Shown here in pieces: positions 59,843 to 64,000 of a stretch of DNA of 64,000 bases; the first letter of the stretch is position 1, and each line of letters starts with the position of its first letter. The DNA comes from a virus. The notes under the pieces were generated by a model. The model made no database searches. It was given only the letters and a program-made list of their open reading frames with translations, and was not told where the DNA came from. Both the position numbers and the translations under genes were made by a program. The stretch lies in IMG/VR virus record IMGVR_UViG_3300028584_001241, one strand, 5' to 3'.

Positions 59843-60175
59843 AATACTACCAGTTGTAGATTCCATTATAATTTTTCCTTCATTATAAATAACGAATACT
59901 TTATAATAACTATTAGCACCATTAACCCACATCGTTTTGTCAGCAGCATCTTCACTGTACTTACAGATAGGGCCAGTAGGCGGAATAACAGGTGGTTCAA
60001 TAGGAGGCTCTACTGGCGGATTTTCTACTTCAGGTGGCATTTTATTAACCATTGATATTGATCCTTTTTCAAGAGCCGATCCGGCTCCTTCAAGGTTATA
60101 TTTTACAGAATAGTTATCGGCATAAGCGACTGTTGTCATCATAATCAAAGATGAAGCCATAAGCAATTATATCAT
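59843..60175 (-). pseudogene. 5' fragment of IS-interrupted secreted Pro-rich protein
   Basis: Signal peptide ..VAYA, PPVEPPIEPP linker; also ATG ATA TAA at its 5' end (60175-60167). Confidence 0.7.
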
Positions 60176-60318
60176 AATTTTTCTTATTGTTTTTTATCAT
60201 ACTAGCAAAAATTTTCTTTTTTAAAAGCATTAAAATATAAAATAAAAAAAAATATTATTTTAAAATTGATTTTTTCATGTAAAAAAGATATAATCTATTA
60301 TCATTTAGGAGCCATCGC

Positions 60319-61206
60319 ATGTTGTCAAATTTAGTTCAAGAATTCAAAATATTTGAAGCCAATAAACAAGAAGAAATCAATAAAACAAATGCAACTATTG
60401 CAGAATACGAAGTCATTCTAATAGATTTTACAACTGAATATAAGGCTATTAATTTTTTCAAAAGATTATTTGCATTCGCAAAAAGAAAACAACTACGAGA
60501 ACTCAAAGCTTTTATTGCAGAAAAAGAAGCCCTATTTAGACAATATAACAAAGAGATTGTCAGTAAAAAACAATCATTGAATGACAACTATGTAAATCAA
60601 TTGATTATGTCTAATCAAGAAAACAATGCGAAATATGAAGAAATCAATAAACGAGTACAGCTAGCTACTGACTTATACAATGTTATTCATAAGACAAAGA
60701 AGGCTGGCGATTATGCATTGAAAGAAATTAGTGAAGCAAGATCGGCTATTAGCTCAGCAAAATCTATGGAAACTGTAGACATGTTTACGAAAGATAAAAC
60801 CATTTCTATGTTATCCAGTATGAGCACAAATACCGCTCGTTCTGAAGTTAATGATGTGGGTCCAGCTATCAATAAATTTAAAAAAGAACTGGAATACACT
60901 CGTTTAAAAGTAAATGAAGTTCAACTAGATTCTCTCTGGACTACATTAGACTTTGTTTTTGACATGTCTGACAACGGTTTCATGGATACTTTTTCAAGTT
61001 TCATGGTAATGAACAGTCTGGATAACACTGATGGTCAACTCTATAATGTAGCAGTTACAATTGAACAAATCATGACAACTATCAATAAAGATCATGCTGA
61101 GATTAAAAGCCAGCTCGATACTGAACAATGTGTTAAAAATACCTATGTAGAAAATTTCAGGATTAAAGCTAAACTGGAATTAAATGATCTCGGAATTTCA
61201 ATTTAA
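60319..61206 (+). CDS. coiled-coil protein, paralog of 14571
   Basis: AGGAG SD; similar termini. Confidence 0.75.
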   Translation: MLSNLVQEFKIFEANKQEEINKTNATIAEYEVILIDFTTEYKAINFFKRLFAFAKRKQLRELKAFIAEKEALFRQYNKEIVSKKQSLNDNYVNQLIMSNQENNAKYEEINKRVQLATDLYNVIHKTKKAGDYALKEISEARSAISSAKSMETVDMFTKDKTISMLSSMSTNTARSEVNDVGPAINKFKKELEYTRLKVNEVQLDSLWTTLDFVFDMSDNGFMDTFSSFMVMNSLDNTDGQLYNVAVTIEQIMTTINKDHAEIKSQLDTEQCVKNTYVENFRIKAKLELNDLGISI

Positions 61207-61381
61207 GTCTTGATTTTTTATCAAAAGGAGGTTACTATTATTGCAGCCTCCTTTACCACAGTATGTGTCTATGGCTAGCCGCTTCCAACTTGGCGAACTA
61301 AGGAATTTTCAACTTAACTAACGACTAATTGCCGATGAAGCAATGGAAGCACTTTTTGGACATCAATTAGGAGTCTCAAAA

Positions 61382-61861
61382 ATGAAATACGAAACCACCA
61401 AGCAAAACATTAAAAATTCCGCTAAAAATCTTTCCAACTACCTTCTAGAACAAGGTGTCTCTTTGCCTAATAACAAAATACTGGAAGCTATTGCAAAAGT
61501 ATTCTTCATGAAAAACTGGAATACACTGGAAGGTACCATTACCAATCCAGAAAGAACTAAGAATATAGAAACAAAAAAGACATATCTTATCGAGACAGAT
61601 GTAGACTGCAGTAAAGAAACGCTCTTGAAACTGTTCAGAGAAGCTTTTCATGAAGGCAAATGTGTCTTTAATCTGGTAGACCATCAAGAACGTGGAAGTA
61701 TTCACTTGATTGAACTCGATTTAACAAAGAATAACAACAATATCATCACGGCTTTGTTTGTTCTCGGAGAAAAGTTCAAGAAATCAAAATACACCGTTAA
61801 AAGGATGGATCTAGTGCGTATGTTTACAGAAAAAGAAAGCTTAACAGCATTGTTTAAATAA
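61382..61861 (+). CDS. protein with Glyoxalase_8-like N-terminal helical domain
   Basis: KNSAKNL..YL..QGVSL....LEAIAK....KNWNTL; AGGAG before ATG 61382. Confidence 0.65.
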   Translation: MKYETTKQNIKNSAKNLSNYLLEQGVSLPNNKILEAIAKVFFMKNWNTLEGTITNPERTKNIETKKTYLIETDVDCSKETLLKLFREAFHEGKCVFNLVDHQERGSIHLIELDLTKNNNNIITALFVLGEKFKKSKYTVKRMDLVRMFTEKESLTALFK

Positions 61862-61914
61862 GAAAAAAGGAGCTTAGGCTCCTTTCTTGTTAACTAACAT
61901 ATTTAAATGAAGCC

Positions 61915-62715
61915 TCATATCAGCAACATTGCCAGTAAGGTTTGTTCTTCTGTTGTATAACGCTCCCAGAAAAGATGAAAGTTTTCAATGGTGACATCGC
62001 TTACATCAAATACATCTTTATGATCTAATAACGATATCCGTTTACCACTTTTTGTACTCAGTATTTTAACATCAGTCAACTCTTGTCCAATAAAGCCAAT
62101 GGCATCCGCAAGAATGCAATCTGGATTATGACTGTAATCATCATAACAAATCTGAATTTGTTTCTTATGCTTTTCATAAAGAGACGCAATCACAAACCGA
62201 TTTTTTAAATATTTAAAACCAACATCTGTTCGGATTAAAGTGGGATCTCCATAATTTTCCCTTACCATGAAATTTTCATAAAAAGGTGTTTCAATCCCTT
62301 CTGGATAAAGTGTGTGATTTCTTTTCTCATCATTATGGAAAGATTCAAAAGATTTGTCATATCCTTTTGTTTCTTTGATGTATGAAAAATTATCGTCCGT
62401 GTAATGAACAAAATACTTTTCTTTAATATGACGTGAGTCCAATTTGATAATTAAGATAAATTCATCAACCCTTTTAAAATAAAAAAGCTTGAAATGCTCA
62501 ATTTGTTCAAATCCAGAAGCTTTTAAAAATCTAGCCAAGTCATGTGATGTAAAATTATTAAAGAATACAGTAGTTGCTGGTTTTTTTATATACGTGTTGA
62601 ACGAATCAATGTCCCATGCGACAGAATCTATAATCTCTAATTTCATACTAATTGTATTTAAATTCATCATAAAAGTGGGAACCTCATTAAAGTAATCTAT
62701 CCTATCAAAAAACAT
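61915..62715 (-). CDS. paralog trio member
   Basis: LYPE..E.PF, FKY..NRFVIASL, ENFHLFWE; ends LLAMLLI. Confidence 0.8.
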   Translation of the reverse strand: MFFDRIDYFNEVPTFMMNLNTISMKLEIIDSVAWDIDSFNTYIKKPATTVFFNNFTSHDLARFLKASGFEQIEHFKLFYFKRVDEFILIIKLDSRHIKEKYFVHYTDDNFSYIKETKGYDKSFESFHNDEKRNHTLYPEGIETPFYENFMVRENYGDPTLIRTDVGFKYLKNRFVIASLYEKHKKQIQICYDDYSHNPDCILADAIGFIGQELTDVKILSTKSGKRISLLDHKDVFDVSDVTIENFHLFWERYTTEEQTLLAMLLI

Positions 62716-62736
62716 TGTAGCTGTCTATGTTTTCAT

Positions 62737-63516
62737 TTAAACCATCAACATTTCAATCAACGTTAGTTGTTCATGGGTATAGTGTTCCCAGAAAAGATGA
62801 TAGTTGTCTAGTGTAATGCTATGAGGATTAAATTCATCTATATCAAGCATTGACATCTTTTTTTGATTGCGTGGATTGACAATCTCTAAACTTATTAACG
62901 TTTCGTCACGAAATTCAATAAAATCTGCATAAATATAATTACAATTTTTCTTGTATGTATCATAAGCTATCTGTATATGTTTATCATTTCTATCAAAAAG
63001 AGAAGCGATCATAAATTTATCATTACCATATTTAAACGCTAAATCTGCACGAAGAAGCTTGGGTTGAGCGTAAGCAGACCTAACCAAATAATCAACATGA
63101 AAAGGAATATCTAATGATTCTGGATATAAGCTATAGCAAAATACATCACTATCACTATGAAAATCTTTAAATGATCCATCATTAAAAGTCATATGAGTAA
63201 ATGATTTTACAGCCCACAAATTTTTTTCAGAATTCATAAGAGTATATCTTTCACGAATCACAAAGTTTGATAGGTTTAACTCTATATTAATAATAAAAAT
63301 AAAGGAACCCATAATTTTTAAATAATGGAAATTTTCTGCTGAGTCCATTTTCGTGAAACCAGCATTAATAAATAAATTGTCTAACATGAAATGATCAAAA
63401 TTTATAAAAGCTATACAAACTTCTGATTGATAAATGCGTGTGTGAAATTCATCAACATTAAAATCCTCTGAGTTTAAGGTGACTAGTTTTATCTCTATGT
63501 CTTTTAAATTAATCAT
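62737..63516 (-). CDS. paralog trio member
   Basis: DNYHLFWE; ends LIEMLMV. Confidence 0.8.
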   Translation of the reverse strand: MINLKDIEIKLVTLNSEDFNVDEFHTRIYQSEVCIAFINFDHFMLDNLFINAGFTKMDSAENFHYLKIMGSFIFIINIELNLSNFVIRERYTLMNSEKNLWAVKSFTHMTFNDGSFKDFHSDSDVFCYSLYPESLDIPFHVDYLVRSAYAQPKLLRADLAFKYGNDKFMIASLFDRNDKHIQIAYDTYKKNCNYIYADFIEFRDETLISLEIVNPRNQKKMSMLDIDEFNPHSITLDNYHLFWEHYTHEQLTLIEMLMV

Positions 63517-63527
63517 TACAGTTCCCT

Positions 63528-64000
63528 TTATATCCCTGACATTTCAACAAGTATTCTTTGTTCTGGTGTAAACTCATTCCAAAATAAATGAAAGTTATCT
63601 AATGTAATACTAGGAACATCAATAATCTCAGAATCTGATGTAATATCTAGCTGTATGTTTCTTTTTAGATTTAGTAATCGAGCGACCTTTATGTTACCTT
63701 CAATAAACTCAATAAAATCAGAAAATAAATAATCCTCTCTCTCTTCTGGATGTAGGTAATTTATATGGACAAAGCTTCCTTTTCGATGAAAAATTTTGGC
63801 TATCATCACTTTATTTTCTTCGTATTGAAATGACAGCCCTATATTGTTAATTTTAATTGTAGGAGTCTTTCTAATAAAGAAGCGTTCATTAAATGGAGTT
63901 TCAAGACTAATGTTATAGAATGAAGTCCATTGATTATTAACAAAATATAAAGACTCCAATAACTTATCTTCTGATTTTTCACAATTCTCAATGTATTCAA
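63528..64000 (-). CDS. paralog trio member, 5' end beyond window
   Basis: Frame open to window edge; DNFHLFWN; ends LVEMSGI. Confidence 0.75.
   Translation of the reverse strand, partial: EYIENCEKSEDKLLESLYFVNNQWTSFYNISLETPFNERFFIRKTPTIKINNIGLSFQYEENKVMIAKIFHRKGSFVHINYLHPEEREDYLFSDFIEFIEGNIKVARLLNLKRNIQLDITSDSEIIDVPSITLDNFHLFWNEFTPEQRILVEMSGI

Larger units (their letters stand above)
57125..59845 (+). mobile_element. IS607-family insertion sequence (tnpA + tnpB)
   Basis: Serine-recombinase TnpA and TnpB; AAT at both junctions (57122-24, 59843-45); removal restores an ORF. Confidence 0.85.

Noticed and set aside
57124-59844. TTAA target-site duplication for the IS
   Set aside because: Restoring with one TTAA frameshifts the host gene; the AAT junction restores it, and IS607 elements are not known to make such duplications
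57125-59845. IStron or CRISPR-Cas12 locus
   Set aside because: The element is antisense to the interrupted gene, the left end is too short for a group I intron, and no repeat-spacer array was seen
60167-60175. ATG ATA TAA on the minus strand, identical to the lambda bar minigene
   Set aside because: More simply an AAA-to-TAA nonsense change in a gene already broken by the IS; SD is weak
1-64000. Genome-wide TAG reassignment (code 15)
   Set aside because: Long ORFs are intact in code 11, and TAG terminates paralogs exactly where siblings use TAA (42623, 43465)
1-64000. tRNA, rRNA or CRISPR arrays
   Set aside because: No cloverleaf with T-loop GTTC signature or regularly spaced repeats noticed by eye; tRNAscan-SE would be needed to exclude them

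Overview
AT-rich (roughly 30% GC by eye), gene-dense DNA with near-consensus sigma70 promoters, many intrinsic terminators, tandem paralog arrays and scattered gammaproteobacterial-type accessory genes. These include OmpA lipoproteins, two MazG-like NTP-PPases, Pth2, an HD hydrolase, a sirtuin, SufE, a CoaD-CoaE fusion, a DEDDh exonuclease, an RlmN-like radical SAM enzyme, ClpA, YqeY, MsrA, an MFS-acyltransferase, Ogt, a dCMP deaminase, a Pnkp/RNA ligase and a nucleotidyltransferase. There are no rRNA, tRNA, CRISPR, virion or replication genes, so this is most likely the accessory region of a jumbo phage or phage-like megaplasmid (inference). Highlights not shown by the ORF track: (1) a ~290-nt non-coding transcript with 13 GGA motifs, i.e. 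a candidate element-encoded CsrB/RsmZ-like sponge, with a GacA-box-like palindrome upstream; (2) two genes of one operon (Pth2 and an HD protein) whose SD-led start is followed within a few codons by an in-frame TAG in the identical context TG-TAG-ATT-GAT-AA, suggesting programmed readthrough; (3) 17 proteins from several unrelated families that share a C-terminal M-x-x-(I/V/F) tail; (4) a second small RNA with (AAU)5; (5) an ATG-TAA start-stop element inside a long SD-sequestering hairpin; (6) an ArfA-like small protein; (7) an IS607 element with a large TnpB that splits a reconstructable gene.
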